IMG/VR virus record: IMGVR_UViG_3300020045_001744
Location: 1-29,327 of that record
Reading direction: 5' to 3' (one strand)
Length of the DNA: 29,327 nt
Source of the DNA: a virus
Lineage: Duplodnaviria > Caudoviricetes
Part shown: positions 16,070 through 26,072 of the stretch, one piece after another
How the letters are laid out: each line of letters opens with the position of its first letter
Numbering within the stretch: the first letter of the stretch is position 1
Notes under the pieces: generated by a model
What the model was told of the DNA's origin: nothing
The model's input: the letters and a program-made list of their open reading frames with translations, nothing else
Database searches by the model: none
Position numbers and translations under genes: made by a program

Positions 16070-16981
16070 TCACCCCCAAGCGCTGTTGCCAAAGGTGTTG
16101 CCGCCAAACAGCCAGTTGCTGTTGGCCCCCTGCGCCGGGGCCTGCGCGGGTTGCTGCGCCCGCATGTACTGCCAAGCGCCCAAGGCGTTGTTGATGCCGC
16201 CGCTGATCGCATTGCCCACGCCGATAGCGCCAGCAGATTGCGCGTTGCCGATGTTGCCCAAGGCGTTGCCCGCCGCGTTGCCATAGTTGGCACCCGCTGC
16301 CGCTTGATTGCCCGCCGCCGCCTGCCCCTGCTGCCCGATGCCCTGCAAGCGGTTCAGGTAGTTGTTGTACTCCTGATTTTGCATGCCCTGCCCGAGGCGC
16401 TGCGCATCCGCCAAAGCCGCGCCAGAGAACAGCCCGCCCCGTGCCGCAGCCGTCGATTGCAGCGTGTCCAAGCCCTGCCCCAAGGCGAAGCTGTAACCCG
16501 GCGTGTTCTGAAACCCACCAAAATCGCGCCCGCCCGTTGGATTTGCGTTGGCGTATTCCTGCGCCGCGCCCATGTCGGCGAAGGTCTGCCCGTTCACGCG
16601 ATATTGCGTGACGCCCGGAATAGCCGCCGTGCCTTGGTTGTAAATCCGATCATCTGGCCTGCCACCCGGCCCTTGCGTATAGCCCCCGCCGCCCGTTGCT
16701 GGCGTTCCCGGCGTGGTGAATGTCTCGATCTGCGCAGGCATCCCGCCGATCATGGGCGCGTTGCCAAGCCCCATTTCCGACAAGTACGCTTGGAACCCAA
16801 GCCCACCGCCCTGCAAATAAGGCGCGAAGTTCTGACTTGTTTCGTCGTAAATCCGCGTCTGTAGCGCCAATTCCTCGCGGGCCGCTGCCTCTTGCGAAGC
16901 GGCTGCTTTCTTGGCCGCACTGGCTTGCGACGCCCCTCCAAGAAGGCTGGCACCCGCACCGATGATTGCCCCGATTGGCAT
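16070..16981 (-). CDS. DNA ejection protein (P22 gp7-like)
   Basis: Gly/Ala-rich N-terminus, FAPY..GG, TPGYSF, AAARGGLFSG, NYLNRL motifs. Confidence 0.75.
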   Translation of the reverse strand: MPIGAIIGAGASLLGGASQASAAKKAAASQEAAAREELALQTRIYDETSQNFAPYLQGGGLGFQAYLSEMGLGNAPMIGGMPAQIETFTTPGTPATGGGGYTQGPGGRPDDRIYNQGTAAIPGVTQYRVNGQTFADMGAAQEYANANPTGGRDFGGFQNTPGYSFALGQGLDTLQSTAAARGGLFSGAALADAQRLGQGMQNQEYNNYLNRLQGIGQQGQAAAGNQAAAGANYGNAAGNALGNIGNAQSAGAIGVGNAISGGINNALGAWQYMRAQQPAQAPAQGANSNWLFGGNTFGNSAWG

Positions 16982-17359
16982 TTACAAACTCCATCCATAG
17001 CAGGCGACAGGCGACACCAAAGGTATACCACCGTCGCGTGAAAACCCCAAGCGCTTGATAAGCGCCACAACGGCTCGGTTGCTTTCCAGACACCACGCTA
17101 CAATTCGCGTTGGCTGATATTCGCGCCAAGCCTCAATCAACAGCAATTTGGCCGCGTCCGTCACACGACCCCATGCGCTTGGCATCACCCCGATATGCGC
17201 CATGAGCACTCCCGGCCAATGCGTCCAGTTGAACACCAGACACACACCGCTGCGGGCGTGATACATCGCATCATCCGGCAACGGCCCGTCCAGCATTGCA
17301 CCCCGGCGCTGCGATGGATGCGCGAAATAGGCTTCTGCGTCTGTGACGGGGATCTTCAC
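16982..17359 (-). CDS. GNAT-fold protein of the P22-like tail/ejection block
   Basis: AHIGVMPSAWG, N.AVVALIKRLGFSRDG acetyltransferase-like motif; conserved position before the gp7-like gene. Confidence 0.65.
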   Translation of the reverse strand: MKIPVTDAEAYFAHPSQRRGAMLDGPLPDDAMYHARSGVCLVFNWTHWPGVLMAHIGVMPSAWGRVTDAAKLLLIEAWREYQPTRIVAWCLESNRAVVALIKRLGFSRDGGIPLVSPVACYGWSL

Positions 17360-18750
17360 GTCCACGTCCCCTGCGTGTCCACCACGGTATCGGCCATGCG
17401 AGTGCAGCGGAACGTGGTGCCCGCCTTGGCAACAGGCGCTGTGGGCACATCGTCCAGCGTGATCGACGGAATGATCGTGCCAGCCGATGTGACCTCAAAA
17501 TGACCCGATATGACTGAAAAAACGCCTGTGCCTGTGGCATTTGTCGAAAATTTGACTGTGCTGCTGGCTGAACCCGCGCCGCCGCGCGCAGCCGTCGCAA
17601 GGGCTGTGTTGTTATCGACGCCGACCGACTGCATCAGGTATTTGCCAGTCGTCGCTGTACCAGCACCCAATACGTTAAAGTTGCCGTTGCCGCTCGTGGC
17701 AGACAGCCCGGTCAAATAGACCGCCGCCTCAAAACTGTATACGCCCACGTCCAGCGCCAATGCACCTGATGCCGATGTGTCGAACAACTGTTGCGATGCG
17801 GTTTGCGTCAGCAGCGTAAAGTCCACAGGTAGTCGCGCAAAGAACGTGGATACCGTGCCACCGCCGCCGCCCGAAGCCGAAAACGTGATGGTGTCCGTCC
17901 CCGCGTTGGTTGTGATCGTCATTCCAGACCCAGCCACCAGCGTCAGGGTATCAGCAGTTGTGTCCGCGACCACGTTGGACTGTCCAGAAACGGCAATGGT
18001 CGAAAACAGCGACTGATCGCCCGTGTTCGCGCCCGTTGCCGTGCCGCCGCCCGTGGCAATGTCATTGTCCGACAGGGCCGTGTTAAGTTGCGCCGTGGTG
18101 AACGACCCCAACGCCGTGGTGTTGCTGTTCTGCGCCGCCGTAATCGCCCCTGTGAGGGCCGCACGTTCAAAGCGCGGCGTCGCATCGTCATAGATCAGCG
18201 ACACGCCCAAGGCCCCGCCCACGGCGTCCTGTGCCATCTCGTCGGTGTATACCGTGGCCCCCGTCGCCACGCCCGCCAGCTTGGTGAAGTTGGCCGAAGT
18301 CATCAGCCCCGCGTTAGTGCCATCCGCCACGGTCAGCACGGCATCAGTCCCGGTATCGCTGGCAACCGTCCGAGTGGCTGCATCATACGACAAGTTCGTC
18401 GCCCCGCCGCCCCCTGATGGGGTTTGCCATGAAGTGTCAAAATTTGTGCCGCTGTTTTTGGTCAGCACCTGCCCCGTTGTGCCGCCTGTCGCTACACCGG
18501 GGCCTGTTGCCCCAGTAGCCCCTGTCGGACCCGTAGCGCCAGTTGGGCCGGGATCGCCTTGCGGCCCCTGCGGCCCTTCTGGGCCTGTGCCGCCACCACC
18601 GCTGATCGCGGCAAGGTCATTCCACGCGGTAGTGCCGTCTCCGACCTTCAAGGCAAGCGCGGTCTTGTCCCATCCCGGCTGACCATCCGCCAAGATCGGG
18701 TTTTCTGCTGTCCAGTTTGTCGCCGTGTCCCGCCTGATTTTAATCGTCAT
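17356..18750 (-). CDS. Fibre protein with Mtd/hyaluronidase-like N-terminal domain and collagen segment
   Basis: IKIRRDTATNW..NPILADG..LKVGDG..WNDL N-terminal motif; Gly-X-Y repeat; GQVLTK; AGLMTS fibre repeat. Confidence 0.75.
   Translation of the reverse strand: MTIKIRRDTATNWTAENPILADGQPGWDKTALALKVGDGTTAWNDLAAISGGGGTGPEGPQGPQGDPGPTGATGPTGATGATGPGVATGGTTGQVLTKNSGTNFDTSWQTPSGGGGATNLSYDAATRTVASDTGTDAVLTVADGTNAGLMTSANFTKLAGVATGATVYTDEMAQDAVGGALGVSLIYDDATPRFERAALTGAITAAQNSNTTALGSFTTAQLNTALSDNDIATGGGTATGANTGDQSLFSTIAVSGQSNVVADTTADTLTLVAGSGMTITTNAGTDTITFSASGGGGGTVSTFFARLPVDFTLLTQTASQQLFDTSASGALALDVGVYSFEAAVYLTGLSATSGNGNFNVLGAGTATTGKYLMQSVGVDNNTALATAARGGAGSASSTVKFSTNATGTGVFSVISGHFEVTSAGTIIPSITLDDVPTAPVAKAGTTFRCTRMADTVVDTQGTWT
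18496..18585 (-). repeat. Collagen-like (Gly-X-Y)10 repeat
   Basis: GPE GPQ GPQ GDP GPT GAT GPT GAT GAT GPG. Confidence 0.85.
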
Positions 18751-18971
18751 GCGCCGCCGTCCTCAAATTCAAATGTACCGCTGCCAAAGGCGTCGCCATC
18801 GTCAAGTATCATCGCCCCGTCCAGCACCGCCGAACCGTCGTCAATCACAAACGACGACCCACCGCAGCAATCTTCCAACGCCGTCGCAATGTCCCGAAAC
18901 AGCAGCAGCCCCGGCATGGTCAAGCGCCCGTCTGCCGTCACATACTGAATGCCCGCCCGCGCCTCGATCAT
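18747..18971 (-). CDS. Small acidic tail-associated protein
   Basis: 74 aa, ATGA-coupled on both sides, DDG repeats. Confidence 0.6.
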   Translation of the reverse strand: MIEARAGIQYVTADGRLTMPGLLLFRDIATALEDCCGGSSFVIDDGSAVLDGAMILDDGDAFGSGTFEFEDGGA

Positions 18972-20296
18972 GCCATCCTCGCATCTGCCGTGGCATAAAT
19001 CGGGATATCAACCGGGTCCGTTAGCGTGATCCTTGCAACCGCCGTGCGGAATGACCCAAGCGCCCGAAATATCGCGCGGTTCTCATAGCCACCCACACCG
19101 CCAAGCTGCACGGTGCGCACAGGGCCAAACTCCACCCCGTTGCCCATTTCCAGCATCAGAGTGGCCGCGTCAAACCCCTGCGCCGATTGAAACTCAAGCG
19201 ATGCCACGCGGAAACAATCGCCGCCCTTGTACACCGCCGCCGATGTGGCCGACCGATACAGAACATCACCATCGTCCCGCGTGTAGTCGGTCAGGCTGTA
19301 GAAATTGCCATCCGTGCCGCCGACAATCCAATCACCATTAAGTCGCGCCGAATGCGCCGCCCGCCATGGATCAAGCCGCTCCCCGCGTTCAAACCATTCT
19401 CCCGTGGTCAAGTCATAAACCCACGCGGGCCTGTCCGAGAACGCCAGAACCGCGAACTTGTGCCCCCGATCCTCCCAGTAAAAGCAGCTTGTCGGGGTGC
19501 CATCCTTGATCGCCGTATTGACCGCCGGGGTTGATACCGCCTGCCATTCAATGCCACTGGCGATATACGCGATATTGTCGCTTCCGACCAAGAACACCGC
19601 GCCCTCCACCAGACAGGCCAGCGCAAAGGCCTTTAGCCCCGTGTTGCGCACAAGCCCGGGCACAAGCGAAAACGCATTTGCCCCCGCGCCAGCAGGTGCC
19701 CAGACCTCTGTTGATTGCGTACCAAACAGCATCAGCGAATTGGCAACCACCAGCCCCCGCAGCGTGTCGTCCCATTGGCTTTCTGCCGTAGCAAAATTCA
19801 GCCCGTTGAACGTCGCAGGATCGCCAACCTCGGACCACGCAAACACCGCGCTATTGGCCTGCCCCACGATGGTTCGGCCAGCAAGGTATTCCACCCATCG
19901 AACACGGTCCACAACGCCCGTGGCCGGGGTCGTCACGCCCGCAGATGTGTAGGCATAGTAATTCCCGCCAGATGCCACCGTGATCGTGTCGCCGTTGCGG
20001 CTGATCTGCGCAGTTGTACTTGGGGTGATCGTCGCCAGCGTATCCACGCTTTCGGCTTCAACGCGCAGCAACCTATCCGCCACCACAGCGATAATCGCAC
20101 CATCATATTCAAACATGGCGCGGCAAAACACGTCATTGGTCCGCCCGAAGATAGCCATACCCGGCACACCGCGCAGCAGGTATTCTGTCTTTCCACCCGG
20201 CACAGGCTCACGGTACAGGTTCACCAGCCGCGAAGTGCTGGACGCCAGCGATGATGTGTCACGCGAGGACTGCCCAACGAAGGTTACAAGCGCCAT
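18968..20296 (-). CDS. Tail hub / packaged DNA stabilization protein (P22 gp10-like)
   Basis: RLVNLY, FATAESQWD, FGTQSTEVW, WVYDLTTGEWFER, FRALG beta-propeller motifs; follows the gp4-like gene. Confidence 0.85.
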   Translation of the reverse strand: MALVTFVGQSSRDTSSLASSTSRLVNLYREPVPGGKTEYLLRGVPGMAIFGRTNDVFCRAMFEYDGAIIAVVADRLLRVEAESVDTLATITPSTTAQISRNGDTITVASGGNYYAYTSAGVTTPATGVVDRVRWVEYLAGRTIVGQANSAVFAWSEVGDPATFNGLNFATAESQWDDTLRGLVVANSLMLFGTQSTEVWAPAGAGANAFSLVPGLVRNTGLKAFALACLVEGAVFLVGSDNIAYIASGIEWQAVSTPAVNTAIKDGTPTSCFYWEDRGHKFAVLAFSDRPAWVYDLTTGEWFERGERLDPWRAAHSARLNGDWIVGGTDGNFYSLTDYTRDDGDVLYRSATSAAVYKGGDCFRVASLEFQSAQGFDAATLMLEMGNGVEFGPVRTVQLGGVGGYENRAIFRALGSFRTAVARITLTDPVDIPIYATADARMA

Positions 20297-20709
20297 GTGC
20301 GCCCACCCCACATATTCACATAGGACAGCGCCGGATCAATTTCCGCGTCGTCAATCACCATCAGATGCGCCCGCATTTTCGACAGAAACGCTTCCTCACT
20401 GAAAGCCGCCGGGACCATGTATTCAGGAGCCAAGCGCGCCGCCAAACAATACACCGCGCCCTCACGAAACGCCGCGGGCATGGGAAAGTCCGCCGTTGCC
20501 TCATAGTCCTGCGGATCAAGGCCAGACGTGGGAGGCCCCAACGCGGCGTCCATGCGCCAAGCGTCAATGCCGTCCAGCCGCCATCCATGCAGCATGAGGT
20601 TGAATGTCTGCAAAGCCGCGCGGGATTGTTCGCCATTGGCCGTCTGACCATGGCCCACAACGCCGATCTTGCGCATGGCTTGTTCGATGATATCCGCGAT
20701 TGTCGTCAT
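20284..20709 (-). CDS. Head-tail adaptor (P22 gp4-like)
   Basis: TIADIIEQAMRKIGV..ALQTFNLML..W, LAARLAPEY motifs; follows the coat gene. Confidence 0.85.
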   Translation of the reverse strand: MTTIADIIEQAMRKIGVVGHGQTANGEQSRAALQTFNLMLHGWRLDGIDAWRMDAALGPPTSGLDPQDYEATADFPMPAAFREGAVYCLAARLAPEYMVPAAFSEEAFLSKMRAHLMVIDDAEIDPALSYVNMWGGRTWRL

Positions 20710-20720
20710 ACCTGACCCCC

Positions 20721-20749
20721 AAAAGGTTGCGGGGCCATGACAGCCCCGC
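20721..20749 (-). terminator. Probable leaky intrinsic terminator after the coat gene
   Basis: Minus strand GCGGGGC-TGTCATG-GCCCCGC followed by AACCTTTT. Confidence 0.6.
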
Positions 20750-20757
20750 CACTTAGA

Positions 20758-22002
20758 TCAGCCGACCAAACGACAGGCCAGATCAGGGTAGATGGCCTTC
20801 CAGCCATATAGAATATCCAGACGGATGATGTCGTCATCCGTGTCGATATCGTAGTCCTTGACCACGCGAACAGACAGCCCGTTGGCGCTTTCACGCGCCT
20901 TGAAGGCCGCGCCGTCCGGCATTTCCAGCGGGACAGTGACCAGAGCAAAGGCGTTCTTGTGGAAGCCAAGGTTCTGCGGGTAGATCGCGCCGCCAGTGCC
21001 CAGAACAACGATAGCCGCGTTGTCGGCAGGTGCTGCGGTGACGGTCTGGAACGGCCCCGAAGTGATCATCGGGGGCGAAATGGTCAGTGTTGCCGGACCA
21101 GTGGTTGCGCCCGAAGTTGCATCGGCCAGCACGGTGAACTGTTGCAGATACGGCATCACCAGCTTGCCAGTGGTTCCTTCACCCGGAACAGGGTTGACCG
21201 CGAACACACCAGCGATGGTGAACACGTCACCCGCGCGCAGAATGTTGGCCGTCGAGTTGGTCCAGCCGTCAGTGATCAGCGACTGCGACCAGTTGGTGCC
21301 GACCGCGTTGGCATAAGTCACCGCCTGCGAAGCGCCGTTCACCAGCGGAGTGCCAGTGGCAACGCCGACAGTGTGGTTGGGGATGTTCTGCGTCGAGTAG
21401 GTGTCAAACATGGCAACTTCGCCAAGCAAAGCCTTTTCATACGCCGACTTGCCCTTGGTGCCCACGCTGTCCAGCGTCAACTGGTTGCCAGCAACCGCAT
21501 AGCGCGCGGCAGGGTTGAGGCACATCGTGCGGCTATCACCGGGCACGGCCATTTCATCCAGCCGCTGTGCGGCCAAGGCCACCGAAGCGAAGGTCGAAGG
21601 CGTGGTGCCGGGGGTGCCGACCGCATTCCAAACCGTGCGATAGAGGTTCATCCCCGCGCGGTCCACCGTGTTCGCCAAGGTAATCATGGCGGGCGCGATG
21701 TAACGCTTGGAATATTCCTCAATCGTCAGCGTCAGGTCTTGGGTCGAAAACTTCCACGACACATGCTTACGCTGATCGACCACGATGTTGGTGGTCTTTT
21801 CCTCAGCGTCTTGGTTCACGCGGGTCGCACCATCGGCGGTGTAGAATTTCACCGGGCGACGGATTGAAACGGTAGAACCTTGACCGCCGGAAAAGTCCTT
21901 CTCATATGTCCGGTATGCCTGATTGGCAAAGACCAGGTTGTTCTCCAACTGCATAAGCGCCTCTTTGGCGATCATGCTCGGGGTTACAAGAGTGTTCGGC
22001 AT
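20758..22002 (-). CDS. Major capsid protein, P22 coat (gp5) family
   Basis: GSTVSIRRP, GDVFTIAGVFAVNP insertion domain, NLGFHKNAFAL, RLDILYGW motifs. Confidence 0.95.
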   Translation of the reverse strand: MPNTLVTPSMIAKEALMQLENNLVFANQAYRTYEKDFSGGQGSTVSIRRPVKFYTADGATRVNQDAEEKTTNIVVDQRKHVSWKFSTQDLTLTIEEYSKRYIAPAMITLANTVDRAGMNLYRTVWNAVGTPGTTPSTFASVALAAQRLDEMAVPGDSRTMCLNPAARYAVAGNQLTLDSVGTKGKSAYEKALLGEVAMFDTYSTQNIPNHTVGVATGTPLVNGASQAVTYANAVGTNWSQSLITDGWTNSTANILRAGDVFTIAGVFAVNPVPGEGTTGKLVMPYLQQFTVLADATSGATTGPATLTISPPMITSGPFQTVTAAPADNAAIVVLGTGGAIYPQNLGFHKNAFALVTVPLEMPDGAAFKARESANGLSVRVVKDYDIDTDDDIIRLDILYGWKAIYPDLACRLVG

Positions 22003-22012
22003 TGCTTAACTC

Positions 22013-22822
22013 CTAGAGAGCGCCCTTTTTGCGCGCCGCGACGTATTCCGCGTAGGACATATCGTCGGCGCTTTTGTTCGCCTGTCCGCGCGCTTGCACG
22101 GGGGTAATCGGCGTAGGGGCAGCAGATTGCAACTTGGGTTGCGCTCGGATCAACGACGCTTCAATACGTCCCAATTCGCGCGCGGCTTGGATCGGGGCCA
22201 TGTTCGACAGGGCGCGGGCCAGTTCTGGGTTTTTGCCAAGGTGATAAGTCAGATCGTGCGGCACATCACTTTGCAGGACCATTTGCGAAAGTTCCTGCGA
22301 CACCACCCCGCCTTGCGTTGCCACGATGTAGGCGGATTGGAAGTCCGCATATCGCTTTGTCGCCTCTGGGATATCGTCGAGGTAAGCCTTTTGCAGTTCC
22401 CGCAGGTGCTGTTCCTCGGCGCTTTGAACCTGCGCTTTGGCTGCTGCCTGATCTTCCTTGATCATGCTTTGCTGGACTTGGGCTGACACCTGTTCGCGCT
22501 TCCACGCGCTCCGGTCTGCCACATACTCCAAGGCGTCGGCATAATCCGCCTCTTTCGGTTCTGGCATCGCCGCACTTGCGCGGTTTGCCCGCTCGGCTTG
22601 GCGTTCCAGTTCCGCAACCCGTTCTTTGGCCTGTCGCGCCTCGGCCGCAAGGCGTTGTTCGGCTTGTTCGCGGCGTTCCCGGCGCAACTGTGTGGCCGTC
22701 TTTTCCGCTTCCTCGGCTTTCACCTCGGCGGGCTGACCCTCGGTCTGCCCTTCCTGTTCAATGACAGGCGCTGCGGTTTCTTCGGTTGCCACACTCGGGG
22801 CGACCAAATCATCTTCGCTCAT
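22013..22822 (-). CDS. Scaffolding protein
   Basis: Lies between portal and coat; charged coiled coil; YHLGKNPE..ELGRIEA; C-terminal MSYAEYVAARK coat-binding-like helix. Confidence 0.85.
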   Translation of the reverse strand: MSEDDLVAPSVATEETAAPVIEQEGQTEGQPAEVKAEEAEKTATQLRRERREQAEQRLAAEARQAKERVAELERQAERANRASAAMPEPKEADYADALEYVADRSAWKREQVSAQVQQSMIKEDQAAAKAQVQSAEEQHLRELQKAYLDDIPEATKRYADFQSAYIVATQGGVVSQELSQMVLQSDVPHDLTYHLGKNPELARALSNMAPIQAARELGRIEASLIRAQPKLQSAAPTPITPVQARGQANKSADDMSYAEYVAARKKGAL

Positions 22823-22830
22823 TGTTTACC

Positions 22831-24762
22831 TCATACAGGCTCTTGGCCCATTTGTCCAGATAGGCCCATGCTTGCAGCATAGGCGGCGGATCGTAGCTTG
22901 AGTTCTGCCTCTTGGGCCTCAAACTCCGATTTCTTGGCGTCGGACGCAGCTTTCGCGGCCTTCGCTTGTTCGGTGGCAAGCTGCGCCGCTGACATCGCCC
23001 GTTGCATCTGCATTTGATCTTGCTGCGCCTGCATCTGCATTTGCGCGGCCTGCATGGCCTGCGGGTCTTGCTGCTGCGCATCGTCCTGCGGGCGCAATTC
23101 AGGCGGCAAGGTCTTTTCCAACCGCTCCGCCAACTGATCGGCCCCGGCAAAGTCCATGTTCTTGACCACCAGATCGCCCGCGACCTGCATCAACTGCGGA
23201 TTGCGCGATGCAAGTTCCATCAGCGTTTCCGCAGACTGCTGGCGCTTGGTGGTGTAATTCGGCCCAACGCCGATGCGAACATCGTACTGGCCTTGGGAAA
23301 GGTCGTTGGCAGTCGCATCCACGCCGTCGCGCATGATCGGCATGTTCACAGGCACTTGGGTTTCCGCATCATCCTTGCCAACAATGCGGATCACTCTGGC
23401 CGTGTCAAAGATGCGCGGGATCATGTCCACGAGGATACGCCCGCAATGCGCCACAGCCTTCGCCACGTTGTCGGAATAGATCGAAGTGGACACGTCACTT
23501 TCCATCTGGCGCTGGCGGATTGCCACGCCTGACGTTTCCTGCGACCTCTGGCCCAGAGATGCGTCATAGATGCCCGTGGTGGATTTCATGTTCTCCGATG
23601 CCAGCCGGATCAGGTCCATGTTGCCAGCCGACGATACAGGCGGCATCACGCGCTGCGGCGGCGGGGCTGCGGGGTCGCTGTTATAGGGCAGATATGGGCG
23701 ATTGGATTGGTTCGCCGCGTTCCAGAACTTCTCCAGCCCCTGCACTTGTTTGGCCGTGACCATGTAGGGCGCTTTCGGCTGCAATGCCACAACTTCGGCT
23801 TGCGCAGAGATGGCATAATTGAACAGCCGCTGGTCGTCGATGGCATGGCGGATCACGCTGGACCGATACACGCGCCGCCCGACATGCAATTCCTCGCCCA
23901 TCACCGCGATAACCGGAATGTATTTGCTCGGAAACTCACGCGGGCCTTCCAGCATATCAACGCCGCTGATTTTGCACCACATCACCGTAGGGATTTCCGT
24001 CTCGCGCTCAGCAATGGCCTCCGCAATCGGGCCTTTCGGATCAACCAATACCCGGCCATCGCGCAGCATTACCAGCTTGGCTTTCTTGCGGGTGATGTAA
24101 AAGTATTCCGCAATGATCACCGAAGCATCAACGCGCCAGTGATCTTCGTTGTCAACCACCCCGTCACTGTCCACCGATGCAAACGCCTTTTCAGGATAAG
24201 CCGCCTTGAACTCATCTTCGGACAGGTTGGCGGTAATCATGCACCACTCGGCATCCTCGCGCGTTGGCATGACGGCATTGGGATCCCAGAACACCGCAAA
24301 CGGGTTTTGAATGCGCGTCAGGCGAATGTCTTGGTTGAACGATTGTTCGTTTTCATATTCCGGCGTTACGCGGAACGCGCCCATACCGCATTGCGCTGCG
24401 GTTTCGCCCGCGCCCTCATAGACTGACGTGGCGTCTGATCGGTACTGAATATGCCGGATCAACCCTTCGTATATATCCGCCATTTCTTTCGTTGCAGCGC
24501 CGTCCGATGGCACTACAGTGATAGACGGGTTCATCTGGCGAATATCGCCCGTCACCTGCCGCGCGAACCGGGGCAACTGGTTGCTGGTGAGGCATGGCCT
24601 GCCTTCGGTGTCACGCGCCTTGCGGACCCGCTCGTCCCATTGCTCCTCGCCCGTCAGGTTTAGCAGGTCGTGTTCAGCCAGCCTGCGATTGTCCAGATCG
24701 GCATCAATGGCCGATGATAGCCGTTCCCGCGCCGTGCGCAAAAGATCATCATGCTCGGTCAT
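22831..24762 (-). CDS. Portal protein, P22 type
   Basis: QW...RPCLT.N, DDQRLFNY, SGVAIRQRQ, YDVRIGVGPNYTTKRQ, Gln-rich barrel tail; ATG at 24762 overlaps the terL stop. Confidence 0.95.
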   Translation of the reverse strand: MTEHDDLLRTARERLSSAIDADLDNRRLAEHDLLNLTGEEQWDERVRKARDTEGRPCLTSNQLPRFARQVTGDIRQMNPSITVVPSDGAATKEMADIYEGLIRHIQYRSDATSVYEGAGETAAQCGMGAFRVTPEYENEQSFNQDIRLTRIQNPFAVFWDPNAVMPTREDAEWCMITANLSEDEFKAAYPEKAFASVDSDGVVDNEDHWRVDASVIIAEYFYITRKKAKLVMLRDGRVLVDPKGPIAEAIAERETEIPTVMWCKISGVDMLEGPREFPSKYIPVIAVMGEELHVGRRVYRSSVIRHAIDDQRLFNYAISAQAEVVALQPKAPYMVTAKQVQGLEKFWNAANQSNRPYLPYNSDPAAPPPQRVMPPVSSAGNMDLIRLASENMKSTTGIYDASLGQRSQETSGVAIRQRQMESDVSTSIYSDNVAKAVAHCGRILVDMIPRIFDTARVIRIVGKDDAETQVPVNMPIMRDGVDATANDLSQGQYDVRIGVGPNYTTKRQQSAETLMELASRNPQLMQVAGDLVVKNMDFAGADQLAERLEKTLPPELRPQDDAQQQDPQAMQAAQMQMQAQQDQMQMQRAMSAAQLATEQAKAAKAASDAKKSEFEAQEAELKLRSAAYAASMGLSGQMGQEPV

Positions 24763-26072
24763 GCGCCCATCCATCCGCCAGAGGTGTGTTTGATCTCGAA
24801 GGCGGCTGGCGACGGCATCCGGTCTGTGATCTCTGGGAACAAGTCTGTGAAGGCCCACACAAGCGCATCAACGCGGTCTGGGCTGTAGCCCTGAGACTTG
24901 CGGTCAAAGTCGTTTGTGAAACTGCACATCTGGTTTTCAAGCTCTGGAAACTCGCCGCAATGGGATATTTTGCCACGCTCGTACAATGCCGCGATAGGCT
25001 CTGCGCGCGTGACCTTGCCTCGCGTTGCTCGAACTGCGGTGAACGGAATGTCTGGCCTTTGGGCGCGCAATACGGCTTCAACCATCTCGCCGCCATTGTT
25101 GACCTCAGCCACAATCCGGTCAGCGCTGTAGAAGTCGAAAAGCGATATTGCCCGCATTGCCCATTCCTCTGGTCGAAACCGGGCGCTCTCGTCGTCAAGC
25201 ACATAGCCGCGCTGATCCTGTCCGACGCCTGCGCAAACAATACCCGTTTCGTCCGATCCGGTCAATGATGTGGCGGCGGGGTCGATGGCAACCACAATAC
25301 GTTGTAGATCATGCGGCCTTTCGGCCCTGCGAATATAAGCTCTACGCCACATCGCGTTCTCACTGTCCGCGCTGTACTCGCCCAGAAAGAACCGCTTGCG
25401 CTGGCGTTCTGGCATGTTGTTAAGCGCCTCAATGTAGTCAGGCGGCAGGTTTTCGGCATTGTCCATCGGGTTGGCAACGCCGAATTGGTAGTGGTCCGGG
25501 TTGATCGTGCCACCCTCTGGATGCGCACCATCGACAAATAGCTTATAGGTCCAGTGCGCATTTGTCGTCGGGTTAAGGTCGATGTAACTGCGCAAGGGCA
25601 GCGCGCCTCGGTTGTTTATCCGTTGGATGTTCTGCGCCAAGCGCGTCTGTGCCACGTCATAGCTGGACAGTGGGATTTCCGACGCTTCGTTGAAGTAGAT
25701 CGTTGCAAACTCTTTGCCCAGAACCTTGTCCACACGCTCTTTGTCATCAAGCCCCGCAAGCCAAATTTCAGAACCGTTGTCTAACGCGAAGTAGCCGTCT
25801 TGCTCGTGCCATTTCCATTTGATCTCAGGATAGGCCAGCGCCAAGACCTTCGGCATTGTATCCTTGCCGATGGATTGTTTGACCGCAACACCATGACGGC
25901 GAAAAATGGCATGCCGCGATTTGGGCGCAATTATGGCGCGTGTTGCGACTGCGTAGCAGAAAAGGAAAGTTTTGCCGGACCTGGAGCCTCCATAGACCAG
26001 CGTATGCTTTTGCGGCCCCGCCAGCATATCGCGCAATTCGGCTTGTTTGGGGGTGAGCTTAAAGCTCGGCAT
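24759..26072 (-). CDS. terL: Terminase large subunit
   Basis: Walker A YGGSRSGKT, Walker B YFNEASE, coupling motif DLNP, nuclease motifs IDPA..DETG and DRVDA. Confidence 0.95.
   Translation of the reverse strand: MPSFKLTPKQAELRDMLAGPQKHTLVYGGSRSGKTFLFCYAVATRAIIAPKSRHAIFRRHGVAVKQSIGKDTMPKVLALAYPEIKWKWHEQDGYFALDNGSEIWLAGLDDKERVDKVLGKEFATIYFNEASEIPLSSYDVAQTRLAQNIQRINNRGALPLRSYIDLNPTTNAHWTYKLFVDGAHPEGGTINPDHYQFGVANPMDNAENLPPDYIEALNNMPERQRKRFFLGEYSADSENAMWRRAYIRRAERPHDLQRIVVAIDPAATSLTGSDETGIVCAGVGQDQRGYVLDDESARFRPEEWAMRAISLFDFYSADRIVAEVNNGGEMVEAVLRAQRPDIPFTAVRATRGKVTRAEPIAALYERGKISHCGEFPELENQMCSFTNDFDRKSQGYSPDRVDALVWAFTDLFPEITDRMPSPAAFEIKHTSGGWMGA

Noticed and set aside
15566-16864. Long + strand ORFs opposite structural genes (also 8101..9129, 9208..10239, 20959..21867, 27212..27850)
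   Set aside because: Antisense shadows of GC-rich genes with clear functions. They have Arg/His-rich unnatural composition and no motifs.
17356-18750. Diversity-generating retroelement suggested by the Mtd-like N-terminal domain
   Set aside because: No reverse transcriptase, no TR/VR near-identical repeat pair and no C-type-lectin-like variable C-terminus seen in the window. The N-terminal domain is a generic fibre anchor.
22960-23100. CAG/ATG-rich quasi-repeats
   Set aside because: They encode the ordinary Gln/Met-rich helical barrel of P22-type portals. Not a DNA repeat array or CRISPR.
24763-24858. Extended portal start at 24858
   Set aside because: It overlaps the terL C-terminus. ATG24762 gives the canonical ATGA overlap.
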